From Spirochaetia bacterium (GTDB lineage Bacteria; Spirochaetota; Spirochaetia; UBA9216): DNA of 64,000 nt. Position numbers and translations under genes: made by a program. Each line of letters starts with the position of its first letter. The stretch's first letter is position 1. A model generated the notes under the pieces. The model did no database searches, was not told the DNA's origin, and saw nothing but the letters and a program-made list of their open reading frames with translations. This document shows, in pieces, positions 47,309 to 56,224 of the stretch. The stretch lies in NCBI GenBank assembly GCA_963677925.2, contig CAXXYH010000004.1, positions 1,312,001 through 1,376,000 of the forward strand, read 5' to 3'.

Positions 47309-49720
47309 ATGACAGGTCGTGTTGAACGAATGAAAGAAAGTCTGCGGGTCAATAAATATCCGCTGTGTATTCAGCTGTTCAGGCTGGCAAATGAGTCTCT
47401 GGATATGACAGCCGGAGAGCCGATGCTGCTGCGCCGATCAAAACTGCACGCACATATTCTTGATAACATTGATATATTTATTGAAGAGGATGACTTACTC
47501 TGCGGATCCGGAGCAAGCAAGCCCTTCGGTCTTGAGATGCAGTATGAATACGGTGTCTGGACACAGGATGAAGTAGAGTCGCTTAAAAGTGAAATCTATA
47601 CCATCGATCCTGAAGATGAGAAAGAACTTTACGAACTCAACGAACGCTTTGCCGGAAATTCACTCAACAGCAACCTGGTTGAGACAATGGGTAAATCTCT
47701 CGGAATGACAGAACGTCTATGGCCCTTCATGAAATCAGGAACAATACTTCCTCCATGGAAGGACAGAACCGGAGGTTCCGGCGGCGGATTTGCAATGTCA
47801 GGATACGGTCTGGGCCCGGGCTTTTCCCTGGTTGGAATTGACTACTCACGCATCCTTAACGGCGGAGCAAAGTCTGTAATTGAAGAAGCAAAGCAGTGTC
47901 TTCTTGATCTCCGCTATGATTCTTCAGATGCAATCGAAAAGAGAAACTTCTGGGAAGGTATAATCATTGTTTATGAAGCATGGGTCCGCTTTGCAGGCCG
48001 CTATGCTGATCTTGCCGAGAAGATGGCTGAGGCTGAAAGCAATGCCGACAGAAAGGCTGAACTTATTGAGATGGCCAGAATCTGCCGCAAGGTTCCATAT
48101 GAACCTGCTGAAACTTTCCATGAAGCACTGCAGTCTTTCTGGTTTACCTTCCTGCTCGTATGTCCTTCACCTACATCAACAGCCGGCCGTTTTGATCAGT
48201 ACATGTATCCCTTCTATAAGGCTGATATTGACAGCGGCCGAAGTGATGACGACAAGATTCTCGAACTCCTTGAAATCATGCGCTGCAAGGTTATGAAAAT
48301 CAACCGTGTATCAGGAAAGGCAAACAGGGCAAAGAATGCCGGTATGGCAAAGTGGTATAACTGGACAATCGGCGGTCAGAAGGCTGACGGCAGCGATGCT
48401 ACAAATGAGCTGAGCTATCTTCTTCTTGATGCTGCACTTGATACGCATCTTCCCCACCACACCATCACTGTCCGCGTTCATAAGGGAACTCCTGAAAAAC
48501 TGATGGTTAAGGCTCTTGAGTGCGTAAGAAGCGGACTCGGTCTTCCAGCCTTCCTCGGGGATGAATCAAACATCAACTTCTTTACCTCACAGAGCGATAA
48601 AAACAAGCTTTCGATTGAAGTTGCCAGAGATTATGTAGCAACAGGCTGTGTTGATGCCAACGTTCCTTCTGTAACCAGAACTCAGGTAGCCTGCTTTTTT
48701 ATCATACCCCAGGCCATGGATATCTGCATGCATAACGGATACTGCCGCTATACAGAGGAAATGGTCGGTATGCAGACAGGCGATGTCACTGAAATGAAAA
48801 CCTTTGAAGAGTTCAAGGCTGCAATGCATACACAGATACAGCATCTGATGAGCATGGCAAATGAACGAATCAACGTAGAGCTTATAGCAGAACGTGATCT
48901 CTTTCCGGATGTCTTCCGCTCCTCACTTATGAAAGACGGCGTCAAGGTTGGTAAGGATATGTTCAACCGCCGCTTCGATTTTGAAAACGGTGCGGTTCTT
49001 GGTGCAGTCGGCGGTGTAAATACAGGTAACGCCATGTACGCCATCAAGAAGCTTGTCTTCGATGAAAAGAAATACACCATGAAGCAGCTGATGGAAGCCC
49101 TTGATGCAGACTGGGTTGGATATGAGGATATGCAGGCTGATTTTGCTGCAGTGCCCAAATACGGTAACGATGATTCTGAAGTTGATGCAATGGTTGCAGA
49201 AGTTTATCAGCTCCATGCCGATACATGCCACAGTCTGCCATGCGCCTATGGTGATTCGCTCAAGCCGAACGCAATTTCAATTTCTGCACACCAGCCCGGC
49301 GGCGCCTGTACAGGAGCTACTGCAGACGGAAGAAAGGGCGGAGAGATTCTTGCAGATGCTTCACTGTCGCCCGATCATGGACAGGATGTCCACGGTCCTA
49401 CAGCAGTTTTCAAGAGTGCGATGAAAGTCAACCAGGATCCCTACCAGGGAACACTGATGAACATGAAGTTTCATCCAACGAACATGAAAACTGAAAGTGA
49501 TTTAAAGAAACTCGGTGCCTTGATTAAAACCTACCTGACTAACGGCGGTAAGCATATTCAGTTTAATATTGTTAACCGTGAAGATATGGTTGATGCAAAG
49601 GTTCATCCCGAGGATCATCCTGAACTGGTAGTTCGGGTTGCAGGCTACAGTGCCTACTTCACACGCCTTACAGACGGTATTCAGGACGAGGTAATTAACC
49701 GAATGTCCCATACTTTATAA
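47309..49720 (+). CDS. Glycyl radical enzyme, uncharacterised clade (GRE-2)
   Basis: VRVAGYS Gly loop (Gly779), VATGCVD Cys loop (Cys447), GRFDQY, PKYGND, HIQFN. Confidence 0.95.
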   Translation: MTGRVERMKESLRVNKYPLCIQLFRLANESLDMTAGEPMLLRRSKLHAHILDNIDIFIEEDDLLCGSGASKPFGLEMQYEYGVWTQDEVESLKSEIYTIDPEDEKELYELNERFAGNSLNSNLVETMGKSLGMTERLWPFMKSGTILPPWKDRTGGSGGGFAMSGYGLGPGFSLVGIDYSRILNGGAKSVIEEAKQCLLDLRYDSSDAIEKRNFWEGIIIVYEAWVRFAGRYADLAEKMAEAESNADRKAELIEMARICRKVPYEPAETFHEALQSFWFTFLLVCPSPTSTAGRFDQYMYPFYKADIDSGRSDDDKILELLEIMRCKVMKINRVSGKANRAKNAGMAKWYNWTIGGQKADGSDATNELSYLLLDAALDTHLPHHTITVRVHKGTPEKLMVKALECVRSGLGLPAFLGDESNINFFTSQSDKNKLSIEVARDYVATGCVDANVPSVTRTQVACFFIIPQAMDICMHNGYCRYTEEMVGMQTGDVTEMKTFEEFKAAMHTQIQHLMSMANERINVELIAERDLFPDVFRSSLMKDGVKVGKDMFNRRFDFENGAVLGAVGGVNTGNAMYAIKKLVFDEKKYTMKQLMEALDADWVGYEDMQADFAAVPKYGNDDSEVDAMVAEVYQLHADTCHSLPCAYGDSLKPNAISISAHQPGGACTGATADGRKGGEILADASLSPDHGQDVHGPTAVFKSAMKVNQDPYQGTLMNMKFHPTNMKTESDLKKLGALIKTYLTNGGKHIQFNIVNREDMVDAKVHPEDHPELVVRVAGYSAYFTRLTDGIQDEVINRMSHTL

Positions 49721-49744
49721 TTTCATTTTGTATTCCTTCACTTT

Positions 49745-49785
49745 GCGCCGGAAGCCCTTCACGGTTTCCGGCGCTTCCTTTTTTT
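49745..49785 (+). terminator. Rho-independent terminator after GRE-2
   Basis: GCGCCGGAAGCC..GGTTTCCGGCGC plus T-run. Confidence 0.8.
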
Positions 49786-49787
49786 AA

Positions 49788-50540
49788 CTACACCGGAATG
49801 ACAATTGTATGTCCGCAGGCCTCTGTTACAGCAGATTCCATCCCGTAAACCTCTTTAATATTCTCAGGATTTATTATCTCTTTCCCGCCTGCAGCATGTA
49901 CCCGGCCTTCCCTGATAAGCAGAAATTTATCTGAGTAGCGGAGCGCAAGATTAATGTCGTGCATTGTCATTACGGCAGCCATCGGTTTTGAATGGATTAA
50001 TCTGCCGATTCTTGCCATAAGCTGATGCTGGTGACTGATATCAAGACTGCTTGTCGGTTCATCAAAAAGTATCAGTCTGGGTCTCTGGGCAAGAGCCCGC
50101 ACTATCTGGACAAGCTGGAACTCCCCGCCGCTTAACTCGTCTGCATAGCGGAGTGCAAGCTCTTCCAGGCCCATCAGCTTGATAGCTTCTTCAACTATGG
50201 CATGATCTTCTTTTCGGGGAGACCAGTGAAAGTGAGGTTTTCTTCCAAGCAGAACCAAATCATATACCTTCATTCTGACGGGTTCGGAATGCTGGGCTAC
50301 CAGGCCCGTCTTTCTAGCCATTTCTCCATGGCTGATATCACAGCAGTTTTTTCCGTCAATTAAAACTGTGCCCCTGTCAGGAGAAAGTATGAGGTTGAGG
50401 CATTTTAGAAGAGTAGTTTTTCCCGCGCCGTTCGGACCGAGAATTGAAAGTATTTCGCCCTCTTTGAGTTCAAAGCCTGCATCATCAATAACCCGGCGGC
50501 TTTTATAAGCAAAACTCAGACCGTCTACCTTAAGAATCAT
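49788..50540 (-). CDS. FecE/BtuD-type ABC ATPase
   Basis: GPNGAGKT, LSGGEFQ, DEPTSSLD, HDINLA. Confidence 0.92.
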   Translation of the reverse strand: MILKVDGLSFAYKSRRVIDDAGFELKEGEILSILGPNGAGKTTLLKCLNLILSPDRGTVLIDGKNCCDISHGEMARKTGLVAQHSEPVRMKVYDLVLLGRKPHFHWSPRKEDHAIVEEAIKLMGLEELALRYADELSGGEFQLVQIVRALAQRPRLILFDEPTSSLDISHQHQLMARIGRLIHSKPMAAVMTMHDINLALRYSDKFLLIREGRVHAAGGKEIINPENIKEVYGMESAVTEACGHTIVIPV

Positions 50541-51580
50541 CTGTTCCTTCCTGCCACAAGTAAATATATAAAGAGCGGCCCGCCGCAGATTGAGGTAAGG
50601 ATTCCTACGGGAAGAACCATCGGGGTTAAAACTGTTCTTGCCGCTGTGTCGGCTGCAAGAAGTATTATCGCGCCAATCAGCGGAGAGCTGATAAGCAGAA
50701 ACCGGTGGTCTGAGCCAAGCAGCCTTCGGGCAATGTGGGGACCCAGAAGACCGATAAATGCTATGGTTCCGAAAAAGGATACTATGACCGCCGAGATCAT
50801 GGAGGCGGCTGCCATTCCCGCAATACGCAGGGCTCCTGTCTTAATTCCAAGACTTTTAGCCGTATCCTCTCCGGTATCAAGGGCATTGAAATCCCACCGG
50901 AAATAAAAAAATGCAATGAATAGCGGAATGAGTACAGACGCTGTGATTACAAGCACGCGGTTGTTCGCCCTGCCCAGATCTCCGAAAGTCCAGGAAACGA
51001 TGCTTGCCAGCTGTACGCTGTCTGCCAGGTACTGCATTAAAGTCAGTCCGGCGGAAAAAAGAGAACCGATCGCAATTCCGGCAAGGACCATACTTTCAGC
51101 TGAAATCCTGGTGAATACTGTCAGCAGCAGAATGGCTATTGTAGAAACTGCGCAGAAGAAAAACGCCGAAGCGGCGACTGTAAATGAACTGCTGATAATG
51201 ATAGTTGATGTAGTGCCTGTGCCTGCACCGAGAAATACTATTGCAAATGAAGCTCCGAAGGCCGCCGCGCTTGAAAGTCCCAGGGTATATGGTGAGGCCA
51301 GCGGGTTTCGCAGGACCGACTGCATTACAGTTCCTGAGAGTGAAAGACCGGCTCCGACCAGCAGGGCTGCAATAATACGGGGCATTCTTACATCCCAGAC
51401 TATACGGCCTGTGCCTGAATTATCGAAGCGGAAAACATAGGCAAGCACATCTTTCAGAGGAATTCTGATAGTTCCTGCAGATGCTGAAAAAACAACAAGG
51501 GCAGCAAGAATAATTCCTGCTGCCGATATGAAAAGAATGCGTTTACTTTGCTCTTTTTTGTAAGAGCTGTAGATATTCAT
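50537..51580 (-). CDS. FecCD/BtuC-type ABC permease
   Basis: RMPR, QSVLRNPLASPYTLG, FIGLLGPHIAR, LPVGILTS. Confidence 0.93.
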   Translation of the reverse strand: MNIYSSYKKEQSKRILFISAAGIILAALVVFSASAGTIRIPLKDVLAYVFRFDNSGTGRIVWDVRMPRIIAALLVGAGLSLSGTVMQSVLRNPLASPYTLGLSSAAAFGASFAIVFLGAGTGTTSTIIISSSFTVAASAFFFCAVSTIAILLLTVFTRISAESMVLAGIAIGSLFSAGLTLMQYLADSVQLASIVSWTFGDLGRANNRVLVITASVLIPLFIAFFYFRWDFNALDTGEDTAKSLGIKTGALRIAGMAAASMISAVIVSFFGTIAFIGLLGPHIARRLLGSDHRFLLISSPLIGAIILLAADTAARTVLTPMVLPVGILTSICGGPLFIYLLVAGRNR

Positions 51581-51582
51581 TC

Positions 51583-52728
51583 TCAGTTAAACCAGTCAAC
51601 CTGTGCCGGACCGCCTTTCTGCTGTTCTGTTACAGTTTTAAAATCAAGCGGAACATTAAAAAATAAGTCCCATATTTCCTCGGCCTTATCTTCAATTGTG
51701 AAATCTCCGAATATTTCCGGGTAGAGAATCTTGCCGGCATAGTAAACGTTGATAAGCTGATTTTCCCAGTTTGTTCCGTAATATTTATAAACAAAGGTGG
51801 AATAAACCTGCCGGTTGGTGAATGCCGGAACCTGTTCTTCAAGTACTCCCCGGTTTGTCTCAAAACCCTGTTTTGACAGATTTATATTGGCTGCATCTAT
51901 AAATACGTAATCGGGTGCCGCTGAAATAAGATCTTCAAGTGATGTCATGTAGGGCTGCAGATTTCCGGCCGGGTTGGTCGGCATTACATTCTCTGCCCCG
52001 CTTAAAAAGAAGGGAAGGTAGTCACCTGTTGTCCTGAGCAGATCAGCCGGTCCGTAATACATCATTCCGCCGGAATAGGCTTTTATGGGATTTGTAACCT
52101 CTGATTTGCGGGACTTTAGATCTGTCAATGATTCTTCAATTCCGGTAATCAGCTCTTTCGCCCGGGCTTCCTTACCAAGCAGGCTTCCCAGTGTATTCAG
52201 CTGACGGTAGAACAGTTCAGTATCGTAGAGTTCAACATCTACATCTACACCGAATACCGGAATCCCGAGTATCAGCTGCAGCTGGTCAAGCTGTGCGGCG
52301 TCTACTGTAGACGATATTATGATGTCGGGCGCTGCTGCAATAATTCCTTCATGATTATCCTTATTCCCGATGCTTGGAAGATTTTTAAGCTCCGGAAAAG
52401 CAATCCGGTATGTAGCCAGTGAAAAGAAGCCGTACGGGGATTTTTCCCTCCCGTGCCCTGCGTCTTCAACCGCAATAATTCTATCCGCTTCACCCATGTA
52501 GCAAAGCAGCCTGAGTGAGCCCGCATCAAGTGCAATTATTCCGTCGATATTTTCCGGAACTTCGATCTCACGGCCGCGCATATCCGTCAGTATGGACTGG
52601 GTTTGTACTGCAGGTTCCTCCTGCTGCGCGGATGCGAAGAGACTGAAACTTCCTGCAGTGAAAATAAGACTGAGCATCATCAGCCTGGAAATGTGCGGAA
52701 ATATATGTTTTCTCACTGAAATTCTCAA
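51583..52728 (-). CDS. Metal-chelate ABC substrate-binding protein (class III)
   Basis: TDMRGREIEVP, PDIII, LLGKEARAKEL, PDYVFID; probable TTG start after GGAGG. Confidence 0.85.
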   Translation of the reverse strand: MRISVRKHIFPHISRLMMLSLIFTAGSFSLFASAQQEEPAVQTQSILTDMRGREIEVPENIDGIIALDAGSLRLLCYMGEADRIIAVEDAGHGREKSPYGFFSLATYRIAFPELKNLPSIGNKDNHEGIIAAAPDIIISSTVDAAQLDQLQLILGIPVFGVDVDVELYDTELFYRQLNTLGSLLGKEARAKELITGIEESLTDLKSRKSEVTNPIKAYSGGMMYYGPADLLRTTGDYLPFFLSGAENVMPTNPAGNLQPYMTSLEDLISAAPDYVFIDAANINLSKQGFETNRGVLEEQVPAFTNRQVYSTFVYKYYGTNWENQLINVYYAGKILYPEIFGDFTIEDKAEEIWDLFFNVPLDFKTVTEQQKGGPAQVDWFN

Positions 52729-52757
52729 AATAGATACCTCCAAGGTGTTTATGAGAT

Positions 52758-52786
52758 TGAGCTTCTTGTAAAACTCAGTTAGTTTT
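52758..52786. repeat. Second, partial copy of the 19156 palindromic repeat
   Basis: TGAGCTTCTTGtAAAACTCaGTTAGTTTT, 27/29 identical to 19156-19184. Confidence 0.7.
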
Positions 52787-52816
52787 TTCTGAATTCGGTG
52801 TTATTCAGTACAAGAT

Positions 52817-52844
52817 GTGACACGAAAAATAAAAATCGTGCTAC
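52817..52844. promoter_or_regulatory. NikR-type operator (28 bp)
   Basis: GTGACACGA-N10-TCGTGCTAC; same layout as E. coli nikA operator GTATGACGA-N10-TCGTCATAC; just downstream of TTGACT-17-TACCTT on minus strand. Confidence 0.75.
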
Positions 52845-52893
52845 TTGATAACAAGGTATTATTTTTTTCAGTTGAAGTCAATTATAAAAAGGT

Positions 52894-53310
52894 CTAAAGT
52901 AATTCTTTAAACAATTCATCTGTTGCAGTAACTGCAAGTTTTCCGATTATCTTTTTGCTTGAGAGAAGTTTTTGCGCCCATGCATGAACTTCCGAACCTC
53001 TGCCTCTGACAACCAGAACTTTAATGCGGATGTCGTTGTCAGCATGAAGCTGAATATTGGCGGTAATTTGTACCGACGGGTAGTTTTCAACCAGAACACG
53101 TGGAAGGCGGGTGGAGTGGTGATATAGAAGCGTTACAGTACCTATTATCTCGGGATCGGCATCGCCTGAATTTGTTTCAACAAGGGCCTGCCTTACCAGA
53201 CTTCGGATAGTCTCTGATCGGTTTTCATGTCCCTGTTCAATAGTGAACCGGTCAAGAAGTTCGACCATCTCACTGTCCATTGAAACACCGAATCTTACTG
53301 TTTCTCCCAT
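52894..53310 (-). CDS. nikR: NikR-like ribbon-helix-helix regulator
   Basis: VRFGVSMD, NRSETIRSLVR, GTVTLLYHH, VVRG. Confidence 0.8.
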   Translation of the reverse strand: MGETVRFGVSMDSEMVELLDRFTIEQGHENRSETIRSLVRQALVETNSGDADPEIIGTVTLLYHHSTRLPRVLVENYPSVQITANIQLHADNDIRIKVLVVRGRGSEVHAWAQKLLSSKKIIGKLAVTATDELFKELL

Positions 53311-53333
53311 TCGTTCCTCCGGGGGTGATATCT

Positions 53334-53368
53334 AAAAAAAGGGCGGTGGACTTTATTGTCCACCGCCT
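53334..53368 (-). terminator. Rho-independent terminator
   Basis: GGCGGTGGAC/GTCCACCGCC plus T7 on minus strand. Confidence 0.85.
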
Positions 53369-53376
53369 AATGCGGT

Positions 53377-53892
53377 TTATAAATTTAAACTTTGTTTTAA
53401 CGATTTATTGTATGCGGAAATCTCAATAAATGGGATGGCAATTCCTGCCAGCCCGAATACCGCAGCCCCAATCTCTGCAATCAGAAAATCGGTGCTTTTA
53501 ACAGTCGGATCCTGCTCCATCATTCCTAATACCATGAATGTATAGCTGGCAATGAATCCTGCCTGAAGTATTGAACCTGAGAGAATATTTCCGTTAATCA
53601 GGCTTCCCATTCCTCCGGTACAGAAGTTGACAATGGATACTCCCCAGGGATCCTGTGAGTACTTTTTATACAGAATATCCTTATAGAAGGGAGCTAACTC
53701 TTCTGAATAAAGCTTCATCTGTGCAGATTCGTTTTCATCCAGAAATGAATCAAGTGAACACATTATATCCAGCTGTACATAGGGTATTATAGCTGAACTA
53801 AGATCTGTAAGATTATAATTTTCTTCGGCATATAAAGCTCCGGAGGAAAAGATTGCAGCAATTATTAAAGTCAGGAATATCTTATTTTTCAT
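53377..53892 (-). CDS. Borrelia P13-like membrane protein/porin
   Basis: Signal peptide; LYKKYSQDPWGVSIVNFCTGGMGSLINGNILSG resembles the P13 core; YNKSLKQSL end. Confidence 0.6.
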   Translation of the reverse strand: MKNKIFLTLIIAAIFSSGALYAEENYNLTDLSSAIIPYVQLDIMCSLDSFLDENESAQMKLYSEELAPFYKDILYKKYSQDPWGVSIVNFCTGGMGSLINGNILSGSILQAGFIASYTFMVLGMMEQDPTVKSTDFLIAEIGAAVFGLAGIAIPFIEISAYNKSLKQSLNL

Positions 53893-53894
53893 TA

Positions 53895-55694
53895 TTACTC
53901 TATCACCTTTATGCTGCCGAATCTTAATGTTGTGTCTATTTTTGACCATGTACCCGAGGCAATATCAATTTTACCATTGATAATCTCATTGGTCTGGGCA
54001 TTGGCACCCACAAAATACACTTCATCATTACTTGAAGATGTATCATATGAGACTACTTCTATAGTATTTCCAAGGTCTGCCGGTAATATTTCAATTTCTA
54101 CGTTGGTCGCAAAATTGAGTCTTGCCAGCTGATGTTTACCTGATTCCTCTCCATATGAATCAAGCACCGCATAGCGGTAATAAAGGCAGTCATCTTCAAT
54201 TTTAATTAATGAAGGGTACTGCGCTCCGTGTGCAAGATCAATCACCTGCAGATCTCTGTTTCCTGAATCATCGAGCAGTTTAACAATCTTTGTTCCGGTA
54301 GATTCGGATCCCCAGTAACCGGAATCATACAGTCCATAGAGTGCTCCGTCTGTTGACCAGAGCATGGTTCCTATGTTTCCGAAGTACAGATCATTCAAGC
54401 CATTTTCATCCAGCCAGTCTTTGAAGAGTTTTCCGTCAAAGTAGGTTCTTAAGAATTCTTCAGCATAGTTAGTAATCCACAGGTAAAGAGCATGTCCGCC
54501 GTCACTGTTACTTAAGGCTCCCGTGACAAAGGATTCCATTCCCGATTTTACCGAAGGTGTATCATAAAAATAGGGCTGAATTTTGGTGTATATTTTGTTA
54601 ATATCCACAACTCCGCCGGTTTTTACATCATCACGCCATTCATAGGCTGCCGCCTCCCATGTCTGAGAAATCTGATCGATGAGCTCTGTATTGTTTTCCC
54701 AGGAATCGTTATAGTATTTATAAAGGTGTATCCAGTCACCTGTGCCGTTGGATTCGCTGTACATTAAGTCATAACTTTGCTGATCGTCATTATCCAGGTC
54801 GGAAACCTTTATTATTCCGTTCATTCCCCGAATATTGGAGCCGTTTATTACAATATAATCGCCTGTAGGGCTGGTTGTGAATCCTCTGATCCATGTGTTA
54901 TTGTCGGACGAGTAGTAAATTGTCTGGTAGCCTGTAGAACCGTCGGAATAGTAACGCAGGTATGAAGCCGCTCCGGAGTCCCAGCCTTCACTCTGAAAGA
55001 ACAGGTGTTTCTTAGAATCAACCATAAAACGCTGTATTGACAGCGTAGCGCTTTCGGGCGTTACCAGTACCGGTTCTTCGGCAGTATCCGGGTCATAGCG
55101 GTAAATCTTGTGAGAGGTTGTACTTGAAGTCCAGGTTTCGACCTCGAAGTATAGTTTGCCGTCGGCACCTTTTACAAGGGGTTCATATTCCATTCCCCAC
55201 CAGTTCCAGGTGATAATCTGTCCGGCATCATTTATATCATCACCCTCCAGGCCTGTCGGAGGCCACAGCACATCATAATCGGAAGAGTCCGGATGAATAC
55301 GGATAAACTGAATTCCCTGACTGGTTGAGCCTGTCCAGACCCACCAGACCCATGAAAACCCGACATAGATTGAACCGTCATCCCCTGTTGTGATAAAGGC
55401 TATGTCAGGTGTTCCGCCGCCTGTATCAGTTTCAATTATTGATTCTATTGTGCCGTCTTCAAGGAATTTTACCAGTACAGGGTCTTCTTCCAGCGCCCTG
55501 GAATCAAGTCCCCTTGAGATACCTCTTGAGGCGCTGTCAATTCCTGCTACAGCCTTTGCCCCGATTGAGTTTACTGTCAGCACAGAACTTGAATCGGTTG
55601 AGAACATGTCTGCCATAAACGGGCCGAGTGCACAAGAAATGAACAGAGCAGAAATGCAGATTAGCAGTGAAAATTTTACGATTTGTTTTTTCAT
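53895..55694 (-). CDS. Large acidic lipoprotein, hypothetical (beta-rich)
   Basis: GGAG SD; LFISC lipobox; Trp/Tyr/Asp-rich. Confidence 0.8.
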   Translation of the reverse strand: MKKQIVKFSLLICISALFISCALGPFMADMFSTDSSSVLTVNSIGAKAVAGIDSASRGISRGLDSRALEEDPVLVKFLEDGTIESIIETDTGGGTPDIAFITTGDDGSIYVGFSWVWWVWTGSTSQGIQFIRIHPDSSDYDVLWPPTGLEGDDINDAGQIITWNWWGMEYEPLVKGADGKLYFEVETWTSSTTSHKIYRYDPDTAEEPVLVTPESATLSIQRFMVDSKKHLFFQSEGWDSGAASYLRYYSDGSTGYQTIYYSSDNNTWIRGFTTSPTGDYIVINGSNIRGMNGIIKVSDLDNDDQQSYDLMYSESNGTGDWIHLYKYYNDSWENNTELIDQISQTWEAAAYEWRDDVKTGGVVDINKIYTKIQPYFYDTPSVKSGMESFVTGALSNSDGGHALYLWITNYAEEFLRTYFDGKLFKDWLDENGLNDLYFGNIGTMLWSTDGALYGLYDSGYWGSESTGTKIVKLLDDSGNRDLQVIDLAHGAQYPSLIKIEDDCLYYRYAVLDSYGEESGKHQLARLNFATNVEIEILPADLGNTIEVVSYDTSSSNDEVYFVGANAQTNEIINGKIDIASGTWSKIDTTLRFGSIKVIE

Positions 55695-55882
55695 AGTTTT
55701 CTCCAACTTGTTACAATCTCTGATAAGAATATAATAGAAAAATAACGTTTGCAATTGTTTTCTTTATCGGTGATTACCTATATTTATACCGCTTTTTCTC
55801 CTCAAAATCTTTTAAATTTCTGCATAAACCGTTCAATTTGGAGCTTTATTATCTGTGTATAAGAAATACAGGAGGCTTTAAT

Positions 55883-56209
55883 ATGAAGCAGGGAATGAGC
55901 AGAGGCAAGGTTAATTATATAGTGGATGTAGCGATTGGACTTGGATTTCTGGTGTCGGCATTCAGCGGGATTGTTCTGCTGTTTTTCGGTTCCGGAGACG
56001 GTTACCGGGGCGGCCGGAACATCCATGCGGCTGTTACTGTTCTTGGAATGGACCGCTGGTTTATAAAGGATATGCATACAGTAAGCAGTATAGTCATGGC
56101 AGCGGGAGTTCTTGGACATCTGATTCTGCACTGGAAGTGGATAACATGCATGACAAAGAATATTTTCAAGAGGAAGCAGTCTTTGGAGCTCCAGGAATGT
56201 GAGGTCTGA
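55883..56209 (+). CDS. DUF4405-like small membrane protein (His-containing)
   Basis: NYIVD, SGIVL, DMH..GHLILHWKW; AGGAGG SD. Confidence 0.75.
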   Translation: MKQGMSRGKVNYIVDVAIGLGFLVSAFSGIVLLFFGSGDGYRGGRNIHAAVTVLGMDRWFIKDMHTVSSIVMAAGVLGHLILHWKWITCMTKNIFKRKQSLELQECEV

Positions 56210-56224
56210 AGCTTTTTCTGACTG

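Noticed and set aside
27526-49720. Calling the GREs pyruvate formate-lyase, choline TMA-lyase or benzylsuccinate synthase
   Set aside because: No CC pair (PFL), no CxE, no microcompartment genes, no small Bss/Hpd subunit ORFs adjacent
52744-52893. Cobalamin riboswitch ahead of the Btu/Fec-type ABC operon
   Set aside because: No B12-box or GGGAA core seen; the leader holds a NikR-type operator instead
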